Part shown: positions 32,801 to 43,301 of the stretch, piece by piece
Layout: every line of letters begins with the position of its first letter
Numbering within the stretch: the stretch's first letter is position 1
DNA from: an uncultured Gammaproteobacteria bacterium
GTDB taxonomy: Bacteria; Pseudomonadota; Gammaproteobacteria; JACCXJ01
NCBI GenBank assembly: GCA_963764725.1
Contig: CAVXTM010000002.1
Coordinates: 96,001-160,000 of the forward strand
DNA length: 64,000 nt
Reading direction: 5' to 3'
Position numbers and translations under genes: made by a program
The notes under the pieces: generated by a model
What the model saw: the letters and a program-made list of their open reading frames with translations, nothing else
The model's database searches: none
Told to the model about the DNA's origin: nothing

Positions 32801-33385
32801 CACCTCGCACAGGCGTTGCGTGCACCGCTCGACGCCGAAGGGAGACTGCGCCTCGACAGGATCACGCCGAGACAGCGAATCAATGAGATCGAGTTTCATT
32901 ACCCCATCGCGGAGCTTAGGCTAGATGCGCTCATGGATCTGATTGAACCATGGGATCCCGAGGCATGCCAAGCGCTAACCGGATGGGGAGGGGAGGGGGC
33001 TTGTGGCTATATGAAAGGTTTCATCGATCTGGTTTTTGAAACCGAGGGACGCTATTACATAGTGGATTATAAGAGCAATTGGTTGGGGATGAATCTCGAA
33101 GATTATCATGCGACCCGGCTGCCGGCGGTTATCTCCCAGGCGGGCTACCCTCTTCAGTACCTTCTGTACGCGGTCGCGGTGCATCGCTACTTGCGGCATC
33201 GCCTCGCAAGTTATGACTACGAGCGGGATTTCGGCGGCGTCTATTATCTCTTCCTCCGCGGCATGAATGCGCGGCGCGGCGCCGACTACGGGATATTTTA
33301 CCGGCGGCCGGAGCGCGCGTTGGTCGAGGCGCTGGATCGGTATTTCCTCACCGGCGCGGTGGCCGCCGGCGAGTCGCCAGGATAG
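29807..33385 (+). CDS. recB: Exodeoxyribonuclease V beta subunit
   Basis: [41 protein letters not shown] nuclease motif; likely GTG start overlapping the recC stop. Confidence 0.95.
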   Translation: MSDSGILKLMDLPLTATHAIEASAGTGKTHTIISLYLRLLLESGRGVDQILVLTYTKAATAELRRRIRERLLSSRAMLQKGGGDDPVVEACLAQGMDAKNAARIVTGALRGSDDAAIYTMHGFCQRVLSDYAFEGCNSFSSEILPETRELLREVVQDFWRREFYTAPRGWLAYALGRSTDPELLTRWVERYIGRPYIKLAGQARRDDCAAEQARFEACSREAQRLWSTARSEIEDLMINSKTLDRNQYRDSSVAVWLAQTERFFRFAPIVSALPKGVRRFSAEAINAGMKTGQTALSHPFFAACDDLVTQHALLEQCYRMRFQALLRDLLGYVERELEPRKRRLGVHSYDDLLTRLAQALASPNGPALADAVRGRYSAALIDEFQDTDPLQFQIFDKIYGGSDLPVYYVGDPKQAIYSFRGADVFAYFEARARARSLRTLGTNWRSDAPLVQAVNTLFSRNPSPFFNTEIVFHPVACAAGKGSELCLGDGGQVPMVVWCMEREEGEKAISKERARWVAAQAVAAEIETLLDPAADLRLCHRRLQGSDIAVLVRTHVEGDLVRGVLRSRGIASVEQGAGDVFQSHQAADLEWVLRAVLEPHVLSYLKAALATELLGRTSLEVWDIDHDEDVWEGYLKRFQEYHRQWRDRGFMLAFRGLIEGEAVSERLLALPDGARRLTNLLHLAELLQARAVRYRPGMEGLLRWYATRRRSGAPGAEEELLRLESDEPLVKIVTVHKSKGLEYPIVFCPFMWDPRRRPDDANGILYHDPDERFRPVLDLGSENHAAASKFAARERYAESLRMLYVAVTRAKHRCYLLWGAVKDAAYSPLAWLLHPPSSGASEIDWHQQVESLSDAAIKGEIEALASASGGTILLASPPTPTRRAPAEAPPNPRFAARVFSGTIAEPWAMTSFSALMRGMPTEARYVDLDTEPDPKPGPADVPRTIFHFPRGVTAGRCLHAVLEHLDFTTYRSEDLMALVRQSLEEHGIATEWSKVLSGHLAQALRAPLDAEGRLRLDRITPRQRINEIEFHYPIAELRLDALMDLIEPWDPEACQALTGWGGEGACGYMKGFIDLVFETEGRYYIVDYKSNWLGMNLEDYHATRLPAVISQAGYPLQYLLYAVAVHRYLRHRLASYDYERDFGGVYYLFLRGMNARRGADYGIFYRRPERALVEALDRYFLTGAVAAGESPG

Positions 33386-33394
33386 AACGGTGGG

Positions 33395-33481
33395 TGATGG
33401 AACAACGATAACAAAGACTCGGAACCTTTTTGGATCTTTCCCGGAGGGGTTCGCAACGCGGTAAAGCTCGCCGCGCTTCAT
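33395..33481 (-). pseudogene. MazF/PemK toxin N-terminal fragment
   Basis: MKRGELYRV...[11 protein letters not shown], truncated where it meets the recB end. Confidence 0.7.
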
Positions 33482-33711
33482 AGACCGACTTGATAATTAA
33501 GAACGTCCGCAGCCTCTTCGTTGAGATAATCGGCCCTTCGATTGATGATATCGAGGTCTTTGGCGTTCTGCTCGTCGCGGTTCTGTTGCTGGATGAAGGC
33601 CGAGACGGCAACTTCGATGAAATCAGAGCGGTTCGTCTTGAACGACCGTGCACGTTTGTCGATAAGGTCGAGGAGGTCCTCCGAGAGCGTGATAGATGTC
33701 TTCACTTTCAT
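33478..33711 (-). CDS. RHH/CopG antitoxin
   Basis: [14 protein letters not shown]...NRSDFIE; ATGA overlap with the toxin fragment. Confidence 0.8.
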   Translation of the reverse strand: MKVKTSITLSEDLLDLIDKRARSFKTNRSDFIEVAVSAFIQQQNRDEQNAKDLDIINRRADYLNEEAADVLNYQVGL

Positions 33712-33970
33712 ACTACCAAAGAAGTATATTCAGATTGATGAAGAAGTACAGGGTTATGTTGCTTAGCACGTGTCGAACCCTGCGAGGGGCAGTCGTTCCG
33801 GCTAGTCCACTCAATTAGGATTACATCGAGGGTACCGCGACCAAAGCTAGACTTGCGGTTGGCAAAGGCAGCGACTGGATTAAGGGGGTGGCTTGCGGCG
33901 AGAGCGGCCAGTGTCTCAGTTTGAATTTCGGCCATGACCAGAAGCAGTCATTCAGCGATGACCCAATGTG

Positions 33971-35040
33971 TTAGGCACTAAGCTTCTGAAGTAGATGTCC
34001 GGCGACCTCACGCAGCGCGCTTGCCTCCGGGGCCGTTTGGCGCACGTTTTCGAGGAGTTGCTTCCGGTCTACGGATGCGGTGTCGTGAAATAAGCCGAGC
34101 ATCGCTTCGAGTCTCACGTTCTCGCTTTCGTCCGATTCCGCGAGCCGTTCCAGCCGTTGAGGAGGAACGAGAACGATCCCGACTGGCAAACGCGTGCAAG
34201 TTCGGCCGCGCCGATGCCGCGTGCCAGAAACTCGCGCATCCCGCCCAGATACTCGAGAATGTTGCGGCTTGAATCGACCCACTGAGACAGGTTGACCATG
34301 AGCGCGGTATGGTCTGCGCCCGCGCCGCGCGCGATCTGAACCAGCGTCGTGGTCTTGCCGCGTCCGGCGGGCGCCTCAAGAACAAGGCGGCGGCTCTCCC
34401 GCAGCGCCTCGCTCACGTCGCCGAGGAAAGACACTTGGCCGGATTCAGCGCCGTTCTGCTCGAGCCGTTCAACGCGCAGTTCGATGAGCGGCTGTCCCTT
34501 CAACCTGCCCGCCCAGCTCTCGGCGATTTCGGCAGCCGCCTGTCGTGCATTGGCAATGAGTTCGGCAAGCGTCGGTTCAGGCCGCAGATCAATATTGAGG
34601 AAGGTCGCACAGATGGACGCGTTCTCCGGAGGCATCAACGTTGTGATGATGTCTTCGCGAGAGACGACCTGGAGCTCAAGCTCGTAGTCTTTGAGAATTT
34701 GCTTCGCCCACTTCGTCGCGGTGATGCGCGACACCTTGCCGGACGTCACGAATATGAGCGTCTTGAGACCAGGAACCTTTTCCTTTGCTTTCTTCGCATC
34801 CTCCGAAACCTTGCTGATAGTCGGGGTCGTCGAGCAGGCGACGCCGCGGCCTGTCCTGTCGCCCGAGAGGCTTGGAGGGGCATAGGCATCAAGCCCGTCG
34901 TCTTTTTTCGGTTCGTGCGCAATGAGCTCCGGCCAGCGCCGCTGCTGGAGGATGACGGCCATTCGCTGAAACCGTTTCCCTTCCTCCATGAGAACGAGTT
35001 CGTCGAGAGCCCGCTCGATATCAATCAGCCGGATGGCCAT
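33971..35040 (-). pseudogene. Restriction endonuclease-like N-terminus + NACHT-type NTPase, truncated or internally deleted
   Basis: EEGKRFQ...KDDGLDA REase-like motif; APAGRGKTT Walker A; FLLNGWN Walker B-like, then a break. Confidence 0.6.
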
Positions 35041-35110
35041 CTTCCTCGACCTTCATAGCAACGTTCCTGACGCTGACATACTTCTGGGCAGAGACCTCGT
35101 GTTCGGCATT

Positions 35111-36229
35111 TCACGCCTGCTCGCTGGCAAGAGAGTAACTGGTGCTGCGGCCGCGTTCGGGCCCTCGAACTAGGATGCCTTGTTCAACCAGCTGCAAGAT
35201 GTCACGAAGAGCGGTGTCTTGTGAGCATTTCGCGAGAGCCGCGTATTTGGAGGTGGTCAGCTTGCCTTCAAAGCCATCGAGCAGGCGATTCAGAACGACG
35301 GTTTGACGTTCATTCAGCGGCACGCCCTGCAGGCGCTCCCAGAAGCGCGCTTTGGCCAGCACGCCGGCTAGCATTGACTGCGCGCCGTCGATTGCCCGGC
35401 CCAGGCAAGCCACAAACCACTCCATCCACGGCGTGACGTCAAGCGTCGCCTTCTGCGTGCGCTCAAGGATGTCGTAATACGCGTTGCGCTCCTGGCGGAT
35501 TTGCGTCGACATGCTGTAGAAGCGCTGCGGGCTGTTCTCCGAACGCGCGAGAGCCATATCGGCGATGGCGCGCGCGATGCGGCCGTTGCCGTCATCGAAG
35601 GGATGGATGGTCACGAACCACAAGTGCGCCAGGGCTGCCCTGAACACCTCGTCGATTTCGGGCTTAGCGTTGAACCAGGCAAGGAAAGCAGACATCTCCG
35701 CGGCGAGTCGCGGTGCCGGGACCGCCTCGAAATGGACGCGCTCTCGCCCGATGGGGCCCGAGATGACTTGCATGGGCCCTGTGCTGTCATCGCGCCAGGC
35801 GCCAACGGTGATCTTGGTCATGCCGCTACGGCCGGTCGGAAAAAGGGCGGCATGCCAGGCAAACAATCGCTCCTCGTCGAGCGGCCTGTCGTAATGGCGG
35901 GTTGCGTCGAGCATCATTTCGACAACCCCTTCAACGTGGCGATCGGTGGCAACGAGGCCGCCGATGTCCATTCCGAGACGCCGGGCGATGGACGAGCGAA
36001 CCTGCGCCGCGTCGAGCTTTTCTCCTTCGATCTCGCTGCTTTTGATGACGTCGGAGGTCAGCGTCTGGAGGATGGCCTCCTGGCGGAGGCCGAAACCGAG
36101 AGCTTCCATGTGCCCCGTGAGGCGCCCCTGGCGGTGCCGCACGTCGGCCAAAGAGGCCGCGAGCCGCTCACTGTCCCACCGGAATGAGGGCCAAGCCTCA
36201 AGGTCATGTATATACAATCGCCGCTCCAT
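35111..36229 (-). CDS. Fic-family protein (DUF4172-Fic-HTH)
   Basis: HPFDDGNGRIAR Fic motif; SSEIEGE; C-terminal HTH. Confidence 0.92.
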   Translation of the reverse strand: MERRLYIHDLEAWPSFRWDSERLAASLADVRHRQGRLTGHMEALGFGLRQEAILQTLTSDVIKSSEIEGEKLDAAQVRSSIARRLGMDIGGLVATDRHVEGVVEMMLDATRHYDRPLDEERLFAWHAALFPTGRSGMTKITVGAWRDDSTGPMQVISGPIGRERVHFEAVPAPRLAAEMSAFLAWFNAKPEIDEVFRAALAHLWFVTIHPFDDGNGRIARAIADMALARSENSPQRFYSMSTQIRQERNAYYDILERTQKATLDVTPWMEWFVACLGRAIDGAQSMLAGVLAKARFWERLQGVPLNERQTVVLNRLLDGFEGKLTTSKYAALAKCSQDTALRDILQLVEQGILVRGPERGRSTSYSLASEQA

Positions 36230-36365
36230 CTGCGGTGATTGTAGGGCTCCTGCACCGCAAAGTCAATTTTTCTACGCATTGATGCGGATAATAAGGCCTC
36301 TAATCGCCGCATGATCCAAACTTTCGCCTTGACAAACTCAGCATACGATGACGTAGTATCGACCC

Positions 36366-36790
36366 GTGTCGGACCTCGGAAAACTAATCCGTGAGAGGAC
36401 CGCAGATGGTCGCTTCGCCAGCTGGGCGAAAAGATAGGCGTTACGCCTGCCTATGTCGCTGACCTGGAGGCTGGCCGCCGTTCGCCCGGCGCCGAGCTCA
36501 AGGAGCGAATCGCGGCGGCGCTCGACATTTCGCCGGAGAACCTCGCTGCCGCAGATGCACGGTTGAGCGCCGATTTGCGCGACTGGATTGAGGAGCGCCC
36601 GCACCTTACGGCGGTCCTGCGCTCCCTGCACTCCTCTCCGAATTCCGACCGGGGGCTCGGCCGCTTCATCAGCCGCAGGTCGCAGGCGCAACCCGCCAAG
36701 GGGTTCCTGGTTACATGGGAGTCGGAGCTGCGCGCCATGGCGGCCGAGGCCTCGGCCTGGTCCATCGAGACGGGAGGAGATCTCTTCGGC
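36366..36790 (+). pseudogene. XRE-HTH protein with a possible JAB-like domain start, truncated
   Basis: SLRQLGEKIGVTPAYVADLEAGRRSP; ends at ETGGDLFG where the recB copy begins. Confidence 0.5.
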
Positions 36791-36945
36791 ATTGGTTGGG
36801 GATGAATCTCGAAGATTACCATGCGACCCGGCTGCCGGCGGTCATCTCCCAGGCGGGCTACCCTCTTCAGTACCTCCTGTACGCGGTCGCGGTGCATCGC
36901 TACTTGCGGCATCGCCTCGCAAGTTATGACTACGAGCGGGATTTC
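36791..36945 (+). repeat. 155-bp copy of a recB 3' segment
   Basis: Matches 33078-33232 with three synonymous T/C differences. Confidence 0.92.
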
Positions 36946-37129
36946 TTGTTATAGACCGCATAATGCTTGGCTGAGACAGCGAAGCAATAGAGCGGGCAAG
37001 GAGCCCCTGTGGAGACTCAACATGGTTGGATTGAACTTTCTGCAACCCGCGAGCAGAATGTCACCTTGTAAGCCGATACTTCGGTCGGCCAATAGACGTT
37101 AGCCAGTTTACACGTATTGGCCCGCTGCT

Positions 37130-37792
37130 ATGAAACCCATGCTCCGTAAGATTGGACTTATGTGCGGCATACTGGCTCCAGTCTTATGGGCATTGGTTAT
37201 TATTTTATGCGGCGGTCTAAGACCGGAATACAGTCACTTGACGCAGTACATTAGCGAGCTTGGTGAACGGGGCGGCTCTACCGAATTCATTATGCGGTAC
37301 GCCGCATTTGTGCCCACTGGGCTCATGCATACGGCTTTTGCGGCATACTTGTATGTTGCATTCAAAGGTAGCCCGCTTGCTACAATTGCAGCAACGCTGC
37401 TTGCCATAAATGGAATAGCCCGCATTGTCGCAGGCATGTTTCCTTGCGAGATTGGGTGTGCCCTACCTAGACTTTTGCTCAGTCAGAAGTTGCACAGCTT
37501 AGCCGCCGGCGTAGGCTTTTTTGCACTTATTGGTGCCTCGGTCCTTTGGGGTTTCGTATTCAGGCGATATCAAAGCCTGCGAGGCCTTAGTGCCTACTCC
37601 ATCGGTTCCGGATGTTTGGGTTTGGTCTTTCTGGCGCTCATGTCGTGGGGTGCCGAACTGAGGACAGGTACAGGTCTCTACGAACGCTTATCCACCGGTG
37701 TATTGTCTTTGTGGGTGTTAGTGTTCGCAGCTCGGTTATGGTGGCTCAAGGCATACAGCGTAACGGCTGCTGGCCGGCTAACTCGACGATAA
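37130..37792 (+). CDS. DUF998-family membrane protein, cassette-like
   Basis: YSHLTQYISELG, GLYERL; bounded by GTTAGCC (37098) and GGCTAAC (37776). Confidence 0.75.
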   Translation: MKPMLRKIGLMCGILAPVLWALVIILCGGLRPEYSHLTQYISELGERGGSTEFIMRYAAFVPTGLMHTAFAAYLYVAFKGSPLATIAATLLAINGIARIVAGMFPCEIGCALPRLLLSQKLHSLAAGVGFFALIGASVLWGFVFRRYQSLRGLSAYSIGSGCLGLVFLALMSWGAELRTGTGLYERLSTGVLSLWVLVFAARLWWLKAYSVTAAGRLTRR

Positions 37793-37875
37793 GTGGCGTT
37801 GGCTCCGCCCGGCCGCTGTGTCTGCGCAGCCTAGCGGAACAGTGAGTGGTTGGTCGGTCACACGGGACCTTTAGA

Positions 37876-38571
37876 ATGCCTCCACGTCACTTGGAACGAC
37901 ACCGCGCTGAACGCATCGGCTGGCTCCGCGCCGCGGTATTGGGCGCCAACGATGGCATCGTTTCCACCGCGAGCCTAGTGCTGGGTGTTGCAGCGGCTGA
38001 TGCAACTCACAGCAACGTATTGATCGCCGGGGTTGCCGGCCTAGTCGCCGGAGCCATGTCAATGGCAGCCGGCGAGTATGTGTCCGTCCACTCACAGGCA
38101 GATACCGAACAGGCAGACATCGAGCGTGAACGCAAGGAACTCACGACGGACGATCCGGGCGAGCGCAAAGAATTGACGGCGATTTACGTCGGTCGAGGGC
38201 TTGATCCTGCGCTTGCGAAACAGGTCGCCGATCAACTCATGGCGCATGACGCGCTCGGCGCACATACCCGCGACGAACTCGGGATCTCCCAGGCTCTTAG
38301 TGCGCGTCCGATTCAGGCTGCTTTTGCTTCGGCTGCCAGCTTCGCTGTTGGAGCAGCTATGCCCATCCTAGTCACCTTATTGGCCCCCGAGACGAGCCTG
38401 TTCTGTCTCGTCTCAGGTACTTCACTCGTTTTCCTCGCGTTCCTAGGTGGGCTGGCTGCGCGCGTCGGTGGAGCGCGTGTGGCATTGGGTGCAATGCGCG
38501 TTACATTCTGGGGTGCGCTAGCCATGGGGTTGACCGCTGGCGTCGGAGCTCTGTTTGGAACGGTCGCGTGA
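37876..38571 (+). CDS. VIT1/CCC1 family Fe/Mn transporter
   Basis: WLRAAVLGANDGIVS, SMAAGEYVSV. Confidence 0.92.
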   Translation: MPPRHLERHRAERIGWLRAAVLGANDGIVSTASLVLGVAAADATHSNVLIAGVAGLVAGAMSMAAGEYVSVHSQADTEQADIERERKELTTDDPGERKELTAIYVGRGLDPALAKQVADQLMAHDALGAHTRDELGISQALSARPIQAAFASAASFAVGAAMPILVTLLAPETSLFCLVSGTSLVFLAFLGGLAARVGGARVALGAMRVTFWGALAMGLTAGVGALFGTVA

Positions 38572-38642
38572 GCGAATCAAACTGCCGCGGCTATTGAGCA
38601 AGGTCCTCTGGTATAAAGATAGATCGTCTAAGCGAGGCGGCC

Positions 38643-39302
38643 ATGACGCCCACACCCAGATTAGCGTTCATCACCGTCGTGGCGACCCTTGCCTATCTCG
38701 GGCTCGCCATCCTTGGCTGGGGCGGATTTGCCGCCTTCTTCTCTCACCCGGCCCTGATTGTCCTTGCGATCGCGCTCTTCGTGCTGTCCGGGGTCGCGCT
38801 CTTCAGTGGCGGAAACCTGAGCCCCGGCGAGCGCGAGGATCGTTCCAACCGTTGGGTCCTCGTACCCTTCGCGCTGATCGGGTTGCTGGACGCCTATCTA
38901 CCGGCCTACACTGACCGGATTGGGTTCTGGACCCTCGACGGCGATGCCATTCGCTGGCTTGGCGTCGTTCTCTTCGCCGCTGGTGGTGTGCTGCGGATCT
39001 GGCCGGTCTTCGTGCTCGGCCGTCGGTTCAGCGGCTTAGTAGCCATCCAGCCCGGGCACACGCTGGTCACGAGCGGTGTCTATGGCGTCATCCGCCACCC
39101 CAGTTATTTGGGGTTGCTCGTCAACTCGCTGGGGTGGGGCCTCGCCTTTCGTTCGGGGGTCGGCGTGCTGCTCACGGCGCTCCTTATCCTGCCACTCCTC
39201 GCGCGCATCCGCGCGGAAGAGAGGCTGCTGCGCACGCAGTTCGGCGCCGAGTACGATGCTTACTGCGCCCGGACGTCACGGCTGATTCCCAGGCTCTATT
39301 GA
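38643..39302 (+). CDS. Isoprenylcysteine carboxyl methyltransferase family protein
   Basis: HTLVTSGVYGVIRHPSY, RIRAEERLL..FG.EY. Confidence 0.88.
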   Translation: MTPTPRLAFITVVATLAYLGLAILGWGGFAAFFSHPALIVLAIALFVLSGVALFSGGNLSPGEREDRSNRWVLVPFALIGLLDAYLPAYTDRIGFWTLDGDAIRWLGVVLFAAGGVLRIWPVFVLGRRFSGLVAIQPGHTLVTSGVYGVIRHPSYLGLLVNSLGWGLAFRSGVGVLLTALLILPLLARIRAEERLLRTQFGAEYDAYCARTSRLIPRLY

Positions 39303-39366
39303 GGCGACGGGCCGCCGACGGTCCGGTATGGGTCGGCAAGCGACCGCAAAAACGGTCACAGGAATG

Positions 39367-39570
39367 GACCGATCAACGCCACCGGCACAGGATAACGTGG
39401 CAGTTTGCGTGCAAGCACTGTAAGAAGGTCGGAACAACTCACGCTGCCAGCACTAAGGCTAAAATAGCCGGCCAGGTGGTCTACATCGTCCTCTGGCACA
39501 ACGACATAGACTCGCGTCAGATCGCGTCGTACATCTTGTGGCGCATATCGCCTGATATAGTCATCAAGGG
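39367..39570 (-). pseudogene. GNAT toxin (AtaT/TacT-like) internal fragment
   Basis: Manual translation LDDYIRRYAPQDVRRDLTRVYV...AGYFSLSA...KLPRYPVPVALIG. Confidence 0.7.
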
Positions 39571-39660
39571 TCTACCCGAGCGCGTCGGCGCGCTGGCTCA
39601 TCGGAGCAAGGATGATACAATTCGCCCGCAAATTCCGTTAAAGCCCGCAACATCGATCGG

Positions 39661-40173
39661 ATGATACAAGTCCTCAAGAATTTCATTTTCTGGAGCCGTT
39701 GGCTGCAGGCGCCGCTTTACCTGGGATTGATCGTGGCGCAAGGCGTGTACGTCTATCAGTTCATGATCGAGTTGAGCCACCTCGTGGCCAAGGCGGGGGG
39801 TTTGACGGATACCGACATCATGCTTATCGTGCTCGGCCTCATTGATGTCGTGATGATCGCCAATCTCTTGAATATTGTCATCATCGGTGGCTACGAAACC
39901 TTCGTCTCGCGGCTCGCGCTCGAGAGCCACCCGGATCAACCCGAGTGGCTGTCGCACGTCAGCGCTGGTGTGCTCAAGGTTAAACTGGCCACCGCCTTGA
40001 TCGGGATCTCCGCGATTCATCTGCTCAAGACCTTCATCAATGCCGAGCACGTACCCGAAAAGGCAATCATGTGGCAGGTGATCATTCACATGACGTTCGT
40101 ATTCTCGGCCCTCGCAATGGCGTATACCGACAAGGTCATGACCAGTACGGTGTTGATGACGAAAAGGCATTAA
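39661..40173 (+). CDS. YqhA/UPF0114 family membrane protein
   Basis: SRWLQAPLYLGL, GGYETFVSRL, ISAIHLLKTF. Confidence 0.85.
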   Translation: MIQVLKNFIFWSRWLQAPLYLGLIVAQGVYVYQFMIELSHLVAKAGGLTDTDIMLIVLGLIDVVMIANLLNIVIIGGYETFVSRLALESHPDQPEWLSHVSAGVLKVKLATALIGISAIHLLKTFINAEHVPEKAIMWQVIIHMTFVFSALAMAYTDKVMTSTVLMTKRH

Positions 40174-40449
40174 ACGCACTACGTTTCCTCTTCCGTTTGG
40201 AGAGGGTAGGAGGAGTATTTGATTGGGGAGTTAATAGCAAATATAGGGGAACGCGGGTCGGCGGACCGTGCGCTAGGACCGATCCTGCCGCGCTGGATTT
40301 TCTGATCACCGGGATCTAGGCGTCAACGGTACCGCTCAGCGGCAGGATTATGCGACTCCCTACGTTTTCTTCGAAGGCCCGAGCTAGCACCATCGGCGCT
40401 CTAACTGCGGCGGTGCGCGCCGCACGCTTCGCCGCCTAGGGGCGCACCA

Positions 40450-42288
40450 GTGCGCGCGCTCGAATCGCTCTATCGCTCGGAACGCATCACCGACATCGAT
40501 TTCCACTTTGCCCGGTTGATCGCCCGCTTAGACGGCCGCGAGCGGCCAGAAGTCGCGTACGCGGCGCTGCTGACCAGTACCCTGGCCGGTCAAGGGCATG
40601 CGTGTGCGCGTCTCGAAGCGCATGCGGGCCGCCCGCTCTTGGATGCACCCGAGGCGCCCATTGTCCCCGTGCTCGAGGCGTGGCTCGACGCCTTGCGCGG
40701 TAGCCCGACCGTGGGTGCTCCCGGTGACTATCGTCCTTTGATTCTCGAGGGTGGCACGCGGCTATACCTCTATCGCTATTGGCGCTATCAACAAACGATC
40801 GCGGAGGCTTTAAGCGAGCGCGCCAAGGATGAGGCGGCCGGGGTAAACCTCGACACGCTGCGGCAGGGAATCGAGCGGCTGTTCTCGCACGAGAGCGCCC
40901 TCGATACGGGCGGCCAAAGAGTCGCTGCGGCGGTGGCGGTGCTGCGCAGGCTCTGTGTGGTGAGCGGACCCCCGGGTTCTGGGAAGACCTCGGCGGTGCT
41001 TGGACTCTTGTGCCTGCTTGTGGACCAAACCAACGCGGGCTTGCCGCTTCGGATCGGCTTGGCGGCCCCGACCGGCAAGGCAACGGCGCGCCTCCAGGAG
41101 GCTATGCGCGCGGCCAAGGAACGGCTGCCAATCACACCCGAAATGTTGGGCCGACTACCCAAGGAGGTTGCCACCTTGCACCGCCTGATGGGCGCGAGGA
41201 CGGATTCGGAACGTTTTCGGTATCATCGCGCTCACCCGCTGCCGCTCGATGTCGTGGTCGTGGACGAAGCCTCGATGATCGACTTGGCCTTAATGGCCAA
41301 GTTGCTCGAGGCCTTGCCGCGTTCCGCGCGGATCATTCTTTTAGGCGATCAAGAGCAGTTAGTCTCGGTCGGACCCGGCGCAGTTTTCGGTGACATATGT
41401 TCCGGGCCAAAGGGCTACTCACAGGATTTCGCCGAACGCATCAGCGCGCTGACCGCTGTGGCTGTTCCCCGCGCACCGGCGGGTCCGCCGTTGCGCGACT
41501 CGCTGGTCCGCCTGGAGCACAGTGTCCGATTCCATGCCGAAAGCGGCATCGGCAGGCTCGCCCGTGCCGTCGCGGCAGGCCGTGCCGAGGAGGCCCTCTC
41601 GATCTTACGCAGTGGCGTCGCGGGCATTGAATGGCGCGAGGCGCGAGATGCGCGCGCCATGATCCGGCAGCAAACACAGGCCATCGTTGACGGCTATGCC
41701 GATTACCTGCGATTGGTCCGCGAGGGCGCCGAGCCCGAGCGCGTTCACTCGGCTTTCAACGAATTTCGGATCTTGTGCCCGCAGCGTGCCGGCCCGGCGG
41801 GGGTTGAGGCCGTTCAGACCGCCATCGTGGAGGTCCTCGGCACGGCGAGATTGATCGAAGCGCGGAGGACCTGGTACCTCGGCCGCCCGGTGATGGTGAT
41901 CCGCAATCACTACGGACTCAAGCTCTTTAACGGGGACATCGGAATCGTCCAGCGCGACCCTAGGGGCGGCCGCGAGCTTAAGGTTTGCTTCATAAGCCAG
42001 CAAGGTTCCTCGCGCACGTTCAGTCCAGAAAGCTTACCCGGCCACGAGACGGTATTCGCGATGACGGTGCATAAAAGCCAAGGATCCGAGTTCGGGCGGG
42101 TGGTGCTGATCTTGCCGGAGCTTGACTCGCCGCTGTTGACACGCGAGCTCATCTATACCGCGATCACGCGGGCCAGGAGAGGGCTAGCGATTTGGAGCGT
42201 CGAACGCGCCTTCATCCAGGCCATCGAGCGCACGCTCCGGAGATCGTCCGGACTGCGTGAATTGCTATGGGGCGGTGCGATAACGTAG
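40450..42288 (+). CDS. recD: Exodeoxyribonuclease V alpha subunit
   Basis: LYLYRYW, GPPGSGKT, APTGKA, VDEASMID, AMTVHKSQGSEF, YTAITRA. Confidence 0.95.
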   Translation: MRALESLYRSERITDIDFHFARLIARLDGRERPEVAYAALLTSTLAGQGHACARLEAHAGRPLLDAPEAPIVPVLEAWLDALRGSPTVGAPGDYRPLILEGGTRLYLYRYWRYQQTIAEALSERAKDEAAGVNLDTLRQGIERLFSHESALDTGGQRVAAAVAVLRRLCVVSGPPGSGKTSAVLGLLCLLVDQTNAGLPLRIGLAAPTGKATARLQEAMRAAKERLPITPEMLGRLPKEVATLHRLMGARTDSERFRYHRAHPLPLDVVVVDEASMIDLALMAKLLEALPRSARIILLGDQEQLVSVGPGAVFGDICSGPKGYSQDFAERISALTAVAVPRAPAGPPLRDSLVRLEHSVRFHAESGIGRLARAVAAGRAEEALSILRSGVAGIEWREARDARAMIRQQTQAIVDGYADYLRLVREGAEPERVHSAFNEFRILCPQRAGPAGVEAVQTAIVEVLGTARLIEARRTWYLGRPVMVIRNHYGLKLFNGDIGIVQRDPRGGRELKVCFISQQGSSRTFSPESLPGHETVFAMTVHKSQGSEFGRVVLILPELDSPLLTRELIYTAITRARRGLAIWSVERAFIQAIERTLRRSSGLRELLWGGAIT

Positions 42289-42345
42289 TCTTGGCGATCG
42301 AGTCGCCCAGGGGACGATGCGATTTCTTGAGGTGAGGATGCAATA

Positions 42346-43293
42346 TTGAGTGACTTCAGTTTCAAAGCGGGGGCGTGTCCCGACCTAGCCAATACGGGCC
42401 GGAGCGGCATCGCGACGGCTCTCCTGAGCTTGCTCGCGGCGAGTCCCGACCCGCTGCCGTTGTCCAAGCTAAAGGCAGGTCTGCGTAAGCGTCATGATCT
42501 ATCTGTCCAGGAGCTAGAGGCGCTGGTGGCGAGCCACCTCGGCCTCGGAACCGTGTTCCGCTACCCGCCGCTCCGCGGCGAGGGCTACCGCTACTGGGAC
42601 CGCGACCGCGGCCATTACCTCGACACCCTCATCGAACGCGAGCTTCACGCCGCCGCGCTTCCCATCCACACGCTTCGAGGCCGCGTGGCCAGACGCCTGG
42701 GGGACGCTTCCGAGGCGGAGGTGCGAGAGCGTATTGAGGGACTGCTGCGCGTGGGGAGGCTGCATGAGCTACCGCGCGGCCCGGGCAGCCGTTCGGCGCG
42801 CCTGAGCGCCAAGCCGCCCGATCCCAAAGACTATCTCAGTGGTACGATTCAGCGCTTGGTTCAGGCCATCGAGGAGGAGAGCCTCAGGCTCGCGGCTTTC
42901 GGGGTCCCGTGCGCGGCGACCTTCGCTGCGGCGCGTATCTTATTGGAAGAGAGCGTGCTTTACGGCCGGCCGGCACTGGCCGGAGTCCCGCCGCACATGG
43001 ACAGTGCCGTCACGGAACAGGATCTCGAGCACCAGATCTTGGAGCAATTGCGGCGCCTGAGCGCGGATCTTCGCCACGGCGGGTTGGTCTCTACCCGCGA
43101 GCTACGCGGCACGCAACCACGCTTCACGCACGAGCACGCGGCTTTCGACCAGGCGCTCCTGCGGCTCGCGAAAGACGGAAGGGTATGGTTGTTTCGCCAC
43201 GATTTTCCAGCGAGCCTCAGCGAATCGGAGCGCAAGGCGATGGTCACGGATGGCCGCGGCAATTACTATAACGGGATCTCGTTCAAAGAATAA
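42346..43293 (+). CDS. Hypothetical protein with multiple winged-helix-like segments
   Basis: Long ORF; C-terminal LVSTRELR..FDQALLRL..GRVWL..HD segment; start uncertain. Confidence 0.55.
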   Translation: MSDFSFKAGACPDLANTGRSGIATALLSLLAASPDPLPLSKLKAGLRKRHDLSVQELEALVASHLGLGTVFRYPPLRGEGYRYWDRDRGHYLDTLIERELHAAALPIHTLRGRVARRLGDASEAEVRERIEGLLRVGRLHELPRGPGSRSARLSAKPPDPKDYLSGTIQRLVQAIEEESLRLAAFGVPCAATFAAARILLEESVLYGRPALAGVPPHMDSAVTEQDLEHQILEQLRRLSADLRHGGLVSTRELRGTQPRFTHEHAAFDQALLRLAKDGRVWLFRHDFPASLSESERKAMVTDGRGNYYNGISFKE

Positions 43294-43301
43294 CGCCCAT
43301 C

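Noticed and set aside
26724-32899. Long antisense ORFs over recC and recB (likewise 54546..55505 and 14809..15495)
   Set aside because: Shadow ORFs expected in GC-rich coding DNA, with no recognisable motifs
33970-33976. attC core GCCTAAC at the stop of the minus-strand ORF
   Set aside because: No attC hairpin or partner core follows
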